Assembly (NCBI GenBank): GCA_027623195.1
Contig: JAQBUT010000001.1
Span: 64,001-128,000, forward strand
Direction: 5' to 3'
DNA from: Chloroflexota bacterium
Lineage (GTDB): Bacteria; Chloroflexota; Dehalococcoidia; Lucifugimonadales; JADFKI01
Length of the DNA: 64,000 nucleotides
Shown here piece by piece: positions 1-9,928 of this stretch. The notes under the pieces were generated by a model that was not told the DNA's origin, did no database searches, and worked only from the letters and a program-made list of their open reading frames with translations. Numbering within the stretch: the stretch's first letter is position 1; each line of letters opens with the position of its first letter. The translations under genes and the position numbers were made by a program.

Positions 1-617
1 GGCAGGTGGCGATGGCCATCCATGGAGTAGGCCATCAGGTTTTCGTTGACCTCTGAGTAGTGGGTCTTTAGCGACAAACCACGTCCTGCTCCCGACACGC
101 CCGACTTGGCGTCCACGATGATGTCGGGCTCTATGATCCCCGCCTTAACAGCAGGCGCCAGAGCCAGTATCGACGCGGTGGGGTAGCAGCCGGGGTTGGC
201 CACGAGGTTGGTGGTCTTTACCTCTTCCCGGTGAAGCTCTGTCAGGCCGTAGACAGACTGCTCCATATACTCCGGGCAAGGGTGCGTGATGTTGTACCAG
301 CTTTCGTACTCGGCCAGGTCCCGCAAGCGAAAGTCGGCGCTGATGTCGATGCCCTTCACTCCTCCGGCCAAGGCCTGCCCCAGGCGTTCGGCGCTGGCGG
401 CATGTGGCAGGGCGGAGAAGACCACGTCAACACTCTCGGTAACCTCTTCCGTAATAGTCAGGTCTATGTCCGACAGGTGAGGAAAGGCATCGCCGAGCTT
501 CTGTCCCGCCAAACTTCGGCCAGTAACGGAGGTGATTTCAGCATCAGGGTGTCGTCGGAGAATACGGGCCAGTTCCATGCCTGCATACCCCGTGACGTTG
601 ATGATACCTACCTTCAA
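1..617 (-). CDS. argC: N-acetyl-gamma-glutamyl-phosphate reductase (3' end runs off window)
   Basis: Manual minus-strand translation from TTG at 617 (AGGAGG RBS upstream): MKVGIINVTGYAGMELARIL...DISADFRL...VANPGCYPTA...DAKSGVSGAGR, ArgC signature motifs; not in ORF track because the stop lies outside the window. Confidence 0.95.
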   Translation of the reverse strand, partial: MKVGIINVTGYAGMELARILRRHPDAEITSVTGRSLAGQKLGDAFPHLSDIDLTITEEVTESVDVVFSALPHAASAERLGQALAGGVKGIDISADFRLRDLAEYESWYNITHPCPEYMEQSVYGLTELHREEVKTTNLVANPGCYPTASILALAPAVKAGIIEPDIIVDAKSGVSGAGRGLSLKTHYSEVNENLMAYSMDGHRHL

Positions 618-772
618 CTCGCTACCTCCTGAAATATTTCGATAACTTCTAGAAATTGTCATCAAGTATAGCGCGGGTCGTTAAGGTGGACAAGGATAGC
701 TTGGAGTGGTCAAGAAGCGATCTGACATCAATGGCTCGGCGGCTAACGAAAAAACAGGTTAATTCGTCGAGT

Positions 773-1579
773 TTAAATACGCTCTTTGCTGGTACTTTTT
801 GGAGATTTCTTCTTCGCGGCAGGCCTTTTCCTGGCCTTTTGCTTGGCGGCATTGGTGGCGGCACGCTCCATCACCCGTTTGGCGGGGCAGCCCCAGCCCA
901 TGAGGCACTCGCTGCATTTTGGGCGTTGGGCCCTGCAGATCTGCCGGCCGTGGCGAATGAGGTACATATGGAAGGGGAATACCTCTTCAGGGGCGACCAT
1001 GGGCTCCAAGATATCGTGAGCCCTTTCAGCATTTATCTTTGGGCCGATCAGACCCAGGCGTTGCGACACTCTAAAGATGTGCGTGTCCACCGGCATGGCG
1101 GGCATGCCTAACGAAAAGCATAGGATGATGGCGGCGGTCTTGGGCCCGATGCCGTTGAGCCGTTTCAGCCAGCTCTTGGCATCCTCTAGAGGCATCTCGG
1201 CCAAGAATGACAGGTCGAAATTGCCGAGCTCAGCCTTCAATTGCGTCAAGATATCCTTTATGCGCGGGGCCTTCTGCTTGGCTAGCCCGCCCCTGAGGAT
1301 CGCCTTCTCGATCTCCTCCACGGAGGCGTCGGCCACACCTTCGACGGACTTGAATGTCTTCATCAGGTTGAGGAAGGCCCGCTCGGAGTTCAGGTCCGAG
1401 GTATGCTGCGACAGTATGGTGTATACCAGTTCCTCCGCAGGGCTATAGCGTGGCTGCCACTCCGCCGGCCCGTACTCCGGTGCCATGTACTCCATAACGT
1501 CGTGTGCCGTTATTTTCGGCCTTTTCGCCCGTGGGGTGGAAGGCGGAGCTTCGTCGCCGGTAGACTTGGTAGTGGTCAT
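773..1579 (-). CDS. nth: Endonuclease III / HhH-GPD DNA glycosylase with FeS cluster
   Basis: LVYTILSQHTSD, HhH LNGIGPKTA, PVDTHIFRV, C-X6-C-X2-C-X5-C FeS motif. Confidence 0.9.
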   Translation of the reverse strand: MTTTKSTGDEAPPSTPRAKRPKITAHDVMEYMAPEYGPAEWQPRYSPAEELVYTILSQHTSDLNSERAFLNLMKTFKSVEGVADASVEEIEKAILRGGLAKQKAPRIKDILTQLKAELGNFDLSFLAEMPLEDAKSWLKRLNGIGPKTAAIILCFSLGMPAMPVDTHIFRVSQRLGLIGPKINAERAHDILEPMVAPEEVFPFHMYLIRHGRQICRAQRPKCSECLMGWGCPAKRVMERAATNAAKQKARKRPAAKKKSPKSTSKERI

Positions 1580-1588
1580 GAACGCGTT

Positions 1589-2659
1589 CTATCCCTTGCC
1601 CAGAGCGCTGATGATGGCATTACTTACCTGCGACGTGCTGGACGAGCCACCCAGATCCGGAGTTGTTATCTCCCCCTGCTCAAGGATAAATAGTACCGCC
1701 TTATCTATTGTCGCTGCGGCGTCATCGTGACCCAGGTGGCGCAGCATCATCGCCGCCGAAAGCACAGCCGCCATGGGATTGGCGATTCCTTTGCCTGCTA
1801 TATCAGGGGCGGTGCCGTGCACAGGCTCGAACATGGACGGGAAGCGACGTTCGGGGTCGATGTTGGCGCTGGCGGCAAGCCCTATGCTGCCCGTGATTAT
1901 CGCGCCGATGTCCGTGAGGATGTCTCCGAACAGGTTGCTGCCTACCACAACATCGAAGCTCTCGGGGCGTCGCACGAAGTCCATGCAGGCGGCGTCGATG
2001 AGCAGTGAATTGGTTGTGACGTCGGGGTAGTTCTTGGCAACGCTCTGGAAGGTCCGGTCCCACAACACCATGCCGTATCCCAGCGCGTTGGACTTGGTGA
2101 TGGAGGTCAGGTGCTTCCGCTTGTTACGCTTGCGGGCGGTCTCGAAGGCATAGGTGATGACGCGTTCGCAGCCCTTACGGGTGAATACGCCGGACTGCAC
2201 CGCAATCTCGTCCGAGGTGCCAGGATAAAGGAAGCCGCCTACGTCAGCGTATTCGCCTTCGGTGTTTTCACGGATGCACATCATGTCGATGTCATAAGGC
2301 TTCTTGCCGCTCAGGGGTGAGGTGATGCCCGGGTATAGCACGCTGGGGCGCTCGTTGACGTACTGGTCGAAGGAGCGTCGGATGGGCAGGAGCAGACCGC
2401 TCAACGTAATGTGGTCCTGAACGTCTGGGTGTCCCACGGCCCCTAAGAACACTGCCTCGTGCTCAGCCATCAGGTCCAGACCGTCGGACGGCATCATCTC
2501 GCCATGTTCGAAGTAGTAGTCAGTTCCCCACGGGTATTCGGTGAAATTCAAGGTAAAGTCATGCTCTTGCGCCACGGCTTCCAACACTCGAATAGCCTCT
2601 TCGATAACCTCTATGCCTATGCCATCGCCACGTATTACGGCCACCTTATGTTCGGGCAT
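1589..2659 (-). CDS. Isocitrate/isopropylmalate dehydrogenase family; probable tartrate/D-malate dehydrogenase (decarboxylating)
   Basis: GDGIGIEV, RENTEGEY, SNLFGDILTD, MFEPVHGTAPDIAGKGIANP; FDQYVNERP and TKSN..W are typical of the tartrate dehydrogenase branch. Confidence 0.8.
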   Translation of the reverse strand: MPEHKVAVIRGDGIGIEVIEEAIRVLEAVAQEHDFTLNFTEYPWGTDYYFEHGEMMPSDGLDLMAEHEAVFLGAVGHPDVQDHITLSGLLLPIRRSFDQYVNERPSVLYPGITSPLSGKKPYDIDMMCIRENTEGEYADVGGFLYPGTSDEIAVQSGVFTRKGCERVITYAFETARKRNKRKHLTSITKSNALGYGMVLWDRTFQSVAKNYPDVTTNSLLIDAACMDFVRRPESFDVVVGSNLFGDILTDIGAIITGSIGLAASANIDPERRFPSMFEPVHGTAPDIAGKGIANPMAAVLSAAMMLRHLGHDDAAATIDKAVLFILEQGEITTPDLGGSSSTSQVSNAIISALGKG

Positions 2660-2701
2660 TCCTTACTCTAATCCTCCGTAAACAAGTTGATCGATATGAT
2701 A

Positions 2702-3283
2702 CTACAAACCACCGGATATCATCTCCGCCAGCCATCTCTTGGTAGCCCTTGGAGACTTGAATCTAAGTACGTTCAAGTGAGCGTATTCAGGCTGAGCCAG
2801 GGCAACTGGAATACTCTCGCGCCGCTTCCAATGAGTCTGGATTACCCAGAGGAGCAGCGAATCTTTCCTGAAGAATTGCCGCCAAAGCTTCTCGCGGTTT
2901 CCGTTCCAAAGCTCCTGTCGCAAGATCGCCCTGAGCATGGTGCGCCGGAATACTCGCCAGAAGACGAGATGGAACGAATAATCCAGCCACACCAACGTTG
3001 TGGCCTTTGACCACAAGATATCTCGCGCTACGTGGTAGTTGCCGTCAACGACCCACGCCTCGACCCGCAAAGATTTTTTGACCATTTCCCTGAAGAGGTC
3101 GTCGGGGGTTTGAGTCCAGTTGGGCCCATGATAAAGAGCGTCTAGTTCCAGGTAAAGGATTCCTAGGCCGCCTGCCAGAAATTTCGCAAGCGTGGTCTTT
3201 CCCGCCCCTGATGTGCCGACGACGACAATGCGCCAGGACGAGAGGGAAATGGGGCTGGATTCCTGGGGACCAACATCATGCAT
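2702..3283 (-). CDS. Adenylate kinase-like P-loop protein (topology modulation/FlaR-like)
   Basis: GTSGAGKTT Walker A, ELDALYHGPNW, WVVDGNY, LWNGNRE. Confidence 0.8.
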   Translation of the reverse strand: MHDVGPQESSPISLSSWRIVVVGTSGAGKTTLAKFLAGGLGILYLELDALYHGPNWTQTPDDLFREMVKKSLRVEAWVVDGNYHVARDILWSKATTLVWLDYSFHLVFWRVFRRTMLRAILRQELWNGNREKLWRQFFRKDSLLLWVIQTHWKRRESIPVALAQPEYAHLNVLRFKSPRATKRWLAEMISGGL

Positions 3284-3347
3284 GCGTCAGTTATGCCTTA
3301 ATGGGAACGGGATAACCAATAAGCGCACCACTGACGAGTCTACGCCC

Positions 3348-4817
3348 TCAATCATCAGCTTGCAGCTTGTCGAAGAAGGATGCCAACGCCGCCTCGGCAC
3401 GCGAGTAGTTGTAGGAGGCGAACCGCCGCTGGCGCAACTGCACGATGTCACCGTTGAAGTAACGCTCGTACAGCGTCTGGCGAGAGCCGAACTCCGTTCC
3501 AATAAGGTCCCACGCCAGGCGAAAAAGCTGAATGCGGTCCTTCGCCGCCAGGTCCGCTCCCTGGTAGAACTTTTCAATATCGGCAGACAGCGGCCCCTTT
3601 ACGTCAGCCTCGGAGGGAGTCAGCATCAGGCCGCCAGCGCATAGTTGTTGGATGATTTGCGTCACCCGCTGGTAGGCGTCCGGGTACCAGTGACGCATGG
3701 CGATTAGCGGCTCCGAAGCCAGCCATATGCCCTCACCTAAGCCGCCATCAACCGGCTCCGCGTCGGCCTCAGCGGCCCGGAGAAAGGCGTTGTTGGTAGC
3801 AAGAATATCGATAATTTCCGAAATCTTCTCCCGCACCTGATCGAACCGGCTGATGCCTATGCCTTCGGTAATGCGGCGCACCATGCCCAGAATAAGCTCC
3901 AGCTTCGCCACGTTCTTGACGGCCACCTGCTGCGCGTACTGCCTCCACAGCGTCACCTTCTGAACGGCTTCGTTGCTCAAAGCCACGTCTCGGAATGAAA
4001 ACACCCGGTCCCACGGAATCAGCACGTCATCGAATATGGCCAGGCAGTCCATCTCGTCGTACCGGCCCGACAAGGGGTAATCGTAGAGCGACTTTCCATC
4101 GTCGTAAGCCTGACGGCAAATGAACTTGAGACCAGGCGTGTTCACCGGAATGGAGAAGCCAATGCAGTACGGCTCGTCCTCTGGAGCGTCCTCACGCAAT
4201 GGCCGGTATACGGGAGCGAAGATCTCATCGGAGAAGGGGGCCAGCGTAGCCAAAAGCTTGGCGCCCCGCACGATAACGCCCTCATCGGTAGTATCGACGA
4301 TGCCAACCGCTATGTACGGGTCGGGCAGCTCGCTGATGGCGACGGAGCGGTTGACCTGCGGGTGTCCGAAGGTATGCGTAAGGCACAGGTCGTTCTCGCG
4401 GACGTACTCGTGGTAGGCGACCATGTTGTCACCGAAACGGCTATCGTTTCTGCCATAAAGGTGCGCCATCTGCCGGGCGGCGACCACACATATGTTCACG
4501 TAGTCAGGAGTGCGGCCAAGCATGCCATTGACTGACCCCGCGATGATTTCCAGCGCGTGCTTGCGACGGGCCAGGTCCTCTTGCGAATGAGGGACCATAT
4601 AGGAGAGAGAAACAGGCTCGCCGCTGGTGGGCGAGGTGAAAGTCATCTGGTCGCGCAGGTCGGGGTCGTGCTGCAGGTCGTAAATGGCCGCCACGGTCTG
4701 GGCCATGCGCGCCAGCTTGGGGTGTGTCGTTACGTCATCGACCCGTTCGCCGTCCAGCCACACCTCACGGTCGTCGCGGATGCCTGCCAGGTATTCTTGT
4801 CCTGTGCGAATCGCCAT
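3348..4817 (-). CDS. hpaB: 4-hydroxyphenylacetate 3-monooxygenase family, oxygenase component
   Basis: MAIRTGQEYLAGIRDDREVWLDGERV, LGRTPDY, RGAKLLAT, FDDVLIPWDRVF, FGSRQTLYERY; start moved to ATG 4817. Substrate not established. Confidence 0.85.
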   Translation of the reverse strand: MAIRTGQEYLAGIRDDREVWLDGERVDDVTTHPKLARMAQTVAAIYDLQHDPDLRDQMTFTSPTSGEPVSLSYMVPHSQEDLARRKHALEIIAGSVNGMLGRTPDYVNICVVAARQMAHLYGRNDSRFGDNMVAYHEYVRENDLCLTHTFGHPQVNRSVAISELPDPYIAVGIVDTTDEGVIVRGAKLLATLAPFSDEIFAPVYRPLREDAPEDEPYCIGFSIPVNTPGLKFICRQAYDDGKSLYDYPLSGRYDEMDCLAIFDDVLIPWDRVFSFRDVALSNEAVQKVTLWRQYAQQVAVKNVAKLELILGMVRRITEGIGISRFDQVREKISEIIDILATNNAFLRAAEADAEPVDGGLGEGIWLASEPLIAMRHWYPDAYQRVTQIIQQLCAGGLMLTPSEADVKGPLSADIEKFYQGADLAAKDRIQLFRLAWDLIGTEFGSRQTLYERYFNGDIVQLRQRRFASYNYSRAEAALASFFDKLQADD

Positions 4818-4990
4818 GCTGCGCCCCCTGTCATAGGAATGGCCGCATCGTAGCACGTGGTTTTTTGGATAAGCAATTATTGGCCGATTTGATACGAAAC
4901 GATGCTGCCGTCACCAGGCAGGTGTCACTTCTATTGACTACCCCTGCACCCCGTGATAGCGTAATTTCATAGCTAAACAAGATATTAGAA

Positions 4991-5300
4991 ATGCAGTGAA
5001 GGGGAGTAGTAGCGGGCCCGTCGGCTATAGAGAGTCGGGAACTGGTGGAAGCCCGGCGCACGAAATCCCGCGAACTCGCCCTGGAGCAGACGGCCGGAAA
5101 AGCGGTCGGCTATCAGGAATCGGCTATCAGCACACATGCTGACGGCTAGGGGCTGGTAGCTGAAGGCTAAAGTATGGCCCTCCGGTTGGCACCGTTACAG
5201 CTTCCGAGTGCTTCCGACTCGTCGGAAGAACAAGGGTGGTACCGCGGGTCCGCTCTGAATTGAATTTCAGGCCCGTCCCTTATTTGGGGGCGGGCCTTTT
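4991..5300 (+). ncRNA. T-box riboswitch (Leu specifier CUC) upstream of leuS
   Basis: Stem I with AGUA/GAA motif, AGAGAG and GGUGGAA boxes, specifier CTC at 5075-5077 then G-CCCUGGAGC; T-box AAGGGTGGTACCGCG at 5232-5246; terminator 5269-5300. Confidence 0.95.
5269..5300 (+). terminator. T-box attenuator terminator
   Basis: AGGCCCGTCCCT-TATTT-GGGGGCGGGCCT hairpin followed by a T-run; overlaps the antiterminator 3' strand. Confidence 0.85.
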
Positions 5301-5386
5301 GTCGTCCTAGACAGGGGATTTCTGGCCTACATTCAAATCACCAAGAACTAATTACTAAAAACCAATAACTGATTCCGGAGGAATAC

Positions 5387-7855
5387 ATGCTCAGGACTAC
5401 GGAGCAGAGGTTCGACAACCAGACCATTGATGTTAAGTGGCAAAAGCGATGGACGGACGCCGGCATGCTAAGCGTGAAGGACGATGACCCGCGCCCGAAA
5501 TGGTACGAGCTCACCATGTACCCATACCCCTCCGGAGACCTGCACATCGGCCACTGGTACGCCATGTCGCCCTCCGACGCGCACGCACGGTTCCAGGCCA
5601 TGAAGGGCTATAACGTGCTTCACCCTATGGGCTTCGACGCATTTGGCCTCCCCGCTGAGAACGCCGCAATTCAGCGGGGCATCCACCCGTACACGTGGAC
5701 TATGGACAACATGGCCAACATGCGACGGCAACTGCGCAGCATGGGCACCATCTACGACTGGGACCGCGAGGTGGTAACCTGCATCCCCGAATACTATCAG
5801 TGGAACCAGTGGATTTTCCTGCAGTTCTACAAGGCAGGGCTTGCATATAGAAACTTCGCGCCTGCCAACTGGTGCCCGCAAGATAACACCGTGCTGGCCA
5901 ACGAACAGGTACTGCCCGACGGAACCTGCGAGCGCTGCGGCACCACCGTGGTACGTCGCGAACTGAACCAGTGGTTCTTCCGCATAACCAAATACGCCGA
6001 CGAGCTGTTGGACCACTCGAAAAAGGAGTGGCCCGAGCGCATCGATACCATGCAGACCAACTGGATCGGGCGCAGCGAGGGCGTGGAGATCGAGTTCGAC
6101 ATTTCAGAATATGGTCTGGACGTCGACACGATACGCACGTTCACCACCCGCATCGACACCATCTACGGAGTGACCTTTGTTGTCATGGCCCCCGAGCACC
6201 CGCTGGTCGAAAGGCTGACGACGCCGGATCAGAAGGCTGAGGTCGAGGCGTACATAGAGCAGACGCGGCGACAGTCTGAGATCGAGCGGATGTCCACGGA
6301 GAAGGAAAAGACCGGCGTCTACACAGGAGCCTACTGCATCAACAGGCTCAACGGCGAGAGGGTACCGCTTCTCATCGGCGACTACGTTCTTGGCACCTAT
6401 GGCACAGGCATCGTCATGGGAGTGCCTGCCCACGACCAGCGCGACTTCGAGTTCGCCACCAAGTACGACCTGCCAATTCGCGTTGTCGTTTCGCCCGAGG
6501 ACTGGGACGGCGGCGACCTGACCGAGGCATACCTGGAGGTTGGCAAGCAGGTCAACTCCGCGCAGTTCGATGGCATACCCAGCGACCAGGGCTGGCAGAA
6601 GATCGCAGACTACATAGAGGAGAACGGCTGGGGCAATCGCACGGTGCAGTACCGCATGCGCGACTGGCTGATATCCCGCCAGCGTTACTGGGGCACGCCA
6701 ATCCCGGTCATCTACTGCGACGATTGCGGCACTGTGCCTGTCCCCGAGGCCGACCTGCCGGTGGTGCTGCCTCAGGACGCAGAGTTCCGGCCCACGGGGG
6801 AGTCTCCACTGGCATCCCACCAGGGTTTTGTGAACACGCCATGTCCCACCTGCGGCAAGGCGGCGAAGCGCGAGACCGACACAATGGACACCTTCGTGGA
6901 CTCGTCCTGGTACTACCTGAGATACCCGAACAACCATTACGCGGAAGGCCCCTTTGACCCGGTGGCCCTAAAGAAGTGGAACCCCGTCGACCAGTACACG
7001 GGCGGCGCGGAGCACGCGGTAATGCACCTGCTGTACTCTCGCTTCTTCGTGAAGGCACTGCGCGACCTGGGGCTACTGGACTTTGATGAGCCCTTTACCC
7101 GGCTGTTCAACCAGGGCATCATCCTGGGGGCCGACCACGAGAAGATGAGCAAGTCCAGGGGCAACGTCGTCGCGCCCGACGAATACGTTGAGTCTTTTGG
7201 CGCTGATGTTGTGCGCTGCTTCCTGATGTTCCTGGGGCCGTGGGACCAGGGGGGAAGCTGGAGCGACTCCGGCATCAACGGCACGGCCCGCTGGATGAAT
7301 CGCGTCTGGGATATTTCTACAAGGGACGCTAGAACGCTGGACAACTTCCCGGCCAACGACGAGGCGATACGTGAGCTTCAGCGTCTGCAGCACAAGACGA
7401 TACGTCGCGTGGGCGAGGACCTGGAGCGGTTCAAGTTCAACACTGCTCTGGCCGGTCTGATGGAGTACAGCAACGGCATGAACCAGGCGTGGGAGAGCAA
7501 GGGCGTGCGCTCCAAGCAGTGGGTATCAGCGGTGGAGAGCCTGCTTACGCTGTTGGCGCCTATGGCCCCCCACATCACGGACGAGCTATGGGAGCGGATG
7601 GGTCACACCGAGAGCATTCACAAGCAGCCGTGGCCGTCGTGGGACGAGGAGCTAGCGGCCGACGATGTGATAACGCTGGTGGTGCAGGTCAACGGCCGCG
7701 TGCGGGACAAGATAGAGGTATCGGCGTCCATATCCGAGGAGGACGCGACCGAGACAGCCCTGGCCAGCCCCCGCCTAACCCCTTACCTGGACGGCAAGCA
7801 AGTCCGCAAAGTGATTTATGTGCCAGGGAAATTGGTCAACGTGGTTGTGGGGTAG
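5387..7855 (+). CDS. leuS: Leucine--tRNA ligase
   Basis: MYPYPSGDLHIGH (HIGH), DWLISRQRYWGTPIP, KMSKS; 822 aa; Leu T-box upstream. Confidence 0.98.
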   Translation: MLRTTEQRFDNQTIDVKWQKRWTDAGMLSVKDDDPRPKWYELTMYPYPSGDLHIGHWYAMSPSDAHARFQAMKGYNVLHPMGFDAFGLPAENAAIQRGIHPYTWTMDNMANMRRQLRSMGTIYDWDREVVTCIPEYYQWNQWIFLQFYKAGLAYRNFAPANWCPQDNTVLANEQVLPDGTCERCGTTVVRRELNQWFFRITKYADELLDHSKKEWPERIDTMQTNWIGRSEGVEIEFDISEYGLDVDTIRTFTTRIDTIYGVTFVVMAPEHPLVERLTTPDQKAEVEAYIEQTRRQSEIERMSTEKEKTGVYTGAYCINRLNGERVPLLIGDYVLGTYGTGIVMGVPAHDQRDFEFATKYDLPIRVVVSPEDWDGGDLTEAYLEVGKQVNSAQFDGIPSDQGWQKIADYIEENGWGNRTVQYRMRDWLISRQRYWGTPIPVIYCDDCGTVPVPEADLPVVLPQDAEFRPTGESPLASHQGFVNTPCPTCGKAAKRETDTMDTFVDSSWYYLRYPNNHYAEGPFDPVALKKWNPVDQYTGGAEHAVMHLLYSRFFVKALRDLGLLDFDEPFTRLFNQGIILGADHEKMSKSRGNVVAPDEYVESFGADVVRCFLMFLGPWDQGGSWSDSGINGTARWMNRVWDISTRDARTLDNFPANDEAIRELQRLQHKTIRRVGEDLERFKFNTALAGLMEYSNGMNQAWESKGVRSKQWVSAVESLLTLLAPMAPHITDELWERMGHTESIHKQPWPSWDEELAADDVITLVVQVNGRVRDKIEVSASISEEDATETALASPRLTPYLDGKQVRKVIYVPGKLVNVVVG

Positions 7856-7872
7856 GGGGTAGGGGAAGATCC

Positions 7873-8421
7873 TTAGATGATCTCAAACAGGTCATTCTTC
7901 TCAAGAAAATAGCGGAACGACGGATTATTGTCAGCAGCTAATTTGACGTCGTAATCTTTTAAAACTTCCTGCATGAAGTCTATTCTAGATTGGAATCTTC
8001 TAGGAATTAAATCGTTGAACTGCTCTTTCGTCCTGTTCTCGCAGGCGCTCCCGATTTCTGCAGGCGCACCAATTGCGGACAAAAATCTTCCCGATGCGCC
8101 CGCAATATACCAGCCTTCAATTTCTCTCTTTACAACGTATATTCTCTCGGACCTTAATCGACTTTGAGCAGACATTAGCGATTCTTTTTTTCTGGTGACA
8201 CAAGGGAAACTGTCAATATCTCCGACATAAACATAGTCGGCACCCATTGCGTCAATTGCCTTTATGAATTTCTGTATATGTCGTCGCGAGCGCTGTCTAT
8301 AGGGCCATGATATAACTGAATCATACAGGCGTTCGAATAGTGGCTTAACGATTGAATGAAAGAAAGTAATGTCATCATTACCTTCGAGAAACAGATATAT
8401 CGCCTTATAAGGCACGGCCAT
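7873..8421 (-). CDS. TOPRIM-like hypothetical protein (DUF4276/DUF4435/RloB-like), ATPase partner
   Basis: LFLEGNDD (TOPRIM EGxxD), VGDID (DxD), REIEGWY; low GC; start overlaps stop of upstream ATPase (TAATG). Confidence 0.6.
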   Translation of the reverse strand: MAVPYKAIYLFLEGNDDITFFHSIVKPLFERLYDSVISWPYRQRSRRHIQKFIKAIDAMGADYVYVGDIDSFPCVTRKKESLMSAQSRLRSERIYVVKREIEGWYIAGASGRFLSAIGAPAEIGSACENRTKEQFNDLIPRRFQSRIDFMQEVLKDYDVKLAADNNPSFRYFLEKNDLFEII

Positions 8422-9694
8422 TAAACCTCGAGCAAATTATCAACAAACAAATCGCTGATTTGAAAGTCATTCTCCAAAAAAGTCTGTACGTCTTCGCTTT
8501 GTGCTGGTCGAATCACTACTGACCGGCCACTTTCATCTCTGCAGACCAACAAGATATCCTCCAGGTCCACATGCCGGATTAGTTCTGGATTATGAGTAGT
8601 TGCAATTATTTGCTTCTTTTGGGCGGCCTCTTTCATCATTTCCACTGTCTTGGACATCAGAGCCGGATGTACATTCCTCTCCGGTTCTTCTATTACGACA
8701 AGTTTATTTTTTTCGAAGTAAAGTGCCACTATAAGGGCCGTTATGTTCACGGTTCCATCAGACAGTAGGGATGCTGGCAATTCAAAATTTCTCGCGTAAG
8801 TCTCCCTCAAAGTGAAGTACATCGATTTGTCCGCTACTTTTGATACGTCCATCCTGTGAACAAACGGGAGCATATAGCGCATCAAGTTCAAGAAGGCTCT
8901 TTTCGATTCGCCATCGGTGGATATTCTATTGAGTACCAAGGCTAGATTGGCGCCGTCCGAGGCCAACTCAGTGACACCAGTGATCGGAGCGGTCTTCTTG
9001 GGCAATTTAGGATCGAAATCGAAGATGCCTATTTCACTTAACGACGATATTATGGGGGAAAGATAGAGCTGTGCGATTGGCGACTCCAGCAATAAGGTCT
9101 TCTTCTGCATAGGATACCCATCGAATATATGTTCAATCTCATCTTCACCTTCGGAACTATCGATTCGTACCTTTCCATTCACACTGGAGAATTGGTAATA
9201 TCGCAGCCGCTTTTCATTGAGTTCTGATCCACCCCCCTTCCCTTCTCTCTACTGTCGTCCGCAGAATAAATGATCTTTACCATGTCTTCGACAACGTTGT
9301 ATCCGTTGCCCCGTTGGTTGAACTTTATCGAAAATCGGCATTCCGCATTGTGGATGCGCATTCTGTTATAGGCTCGCTCCCGTCTCCCGGAAGGTCGACT
9401 GCCGAATGATACTCTCGGGATTACCCAAAACTCATCCAAATCCATCGCAAACTTGAAAGTACAATTTGCACTGGATTTAACTACGACATTCTTTATGTAC
9501 TCAACTCCGCCCTGTACAGAAATTGCGTACTCCAATCCATGAGTCGCCACGTCGCGAAGGAACTGAAATAGCTGAACAAAATTAGATTTCCCTGAGGCGT
9601 TGGCGCCCAGAAGAAGGTTTAGCTTCCCAAGCTCGATTTCTTGCGTATCTTGGAAGCTCTTGAAATTTGATATGCTGATTTTCGTTATTGCCAT
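8421..9694 (-). pseudogene. ABC/AAA_21-type ATPase split into two ORFs (9179-9694, 8421-9182) by a single-base frameshift
   Basis: N-half: ISNFKSF and Walker A GANASGKSN; C-half: LSDGT signature, Walker B VVIEEPERNVHP, TTHNP H-loop; adding one G to the G6 run (C6 at 9232-9237 on +) fuses the frames. Confidence 0.75.
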
Positions 9695-9847
9695 AATTCA
9701 ATAATCTATCTCTGGCTTCCCGTAGGACGCCCAAATAACCTTCGACATCCATGATTCTGTTTCGAATTAAGACTATTGTAGCACCTGTGAGGCCAGTTTC
9801 CTCAGTGGCCTGTTAGCCTTGTGGGGTCGGGAAGCTTACCCATTGGC

Positions 9848-9928
9848 CTACGCAAACCATCCCAGCCGGAACGTCCCCACGTCGTGGCGCGTATCGCCGT
9901 CGATGGCCATGTCCGAGAGGATTTCGCC
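9848..9928 (-). repeat. Displaced, diverged copy of the solA 3' end (direct repeat with 10474-10554)
   Basis: 81 bp, 69/81 identical by manual alignment; encodes GEILSDMAIDGDTRHDVGTFRLGWFA* versus GEILSDMAIDGETRHDVGMFRLARFA* in solA. Confidence 0.9.

Noticed and set aside
6104..6937. Long antisense and alternative-frame ORFs (this one and similar, e.g. 39486-40184, 53574-54308)
   Set aside because: Shadow ORFs of GC-rich conserved genes with no recognisable motifs
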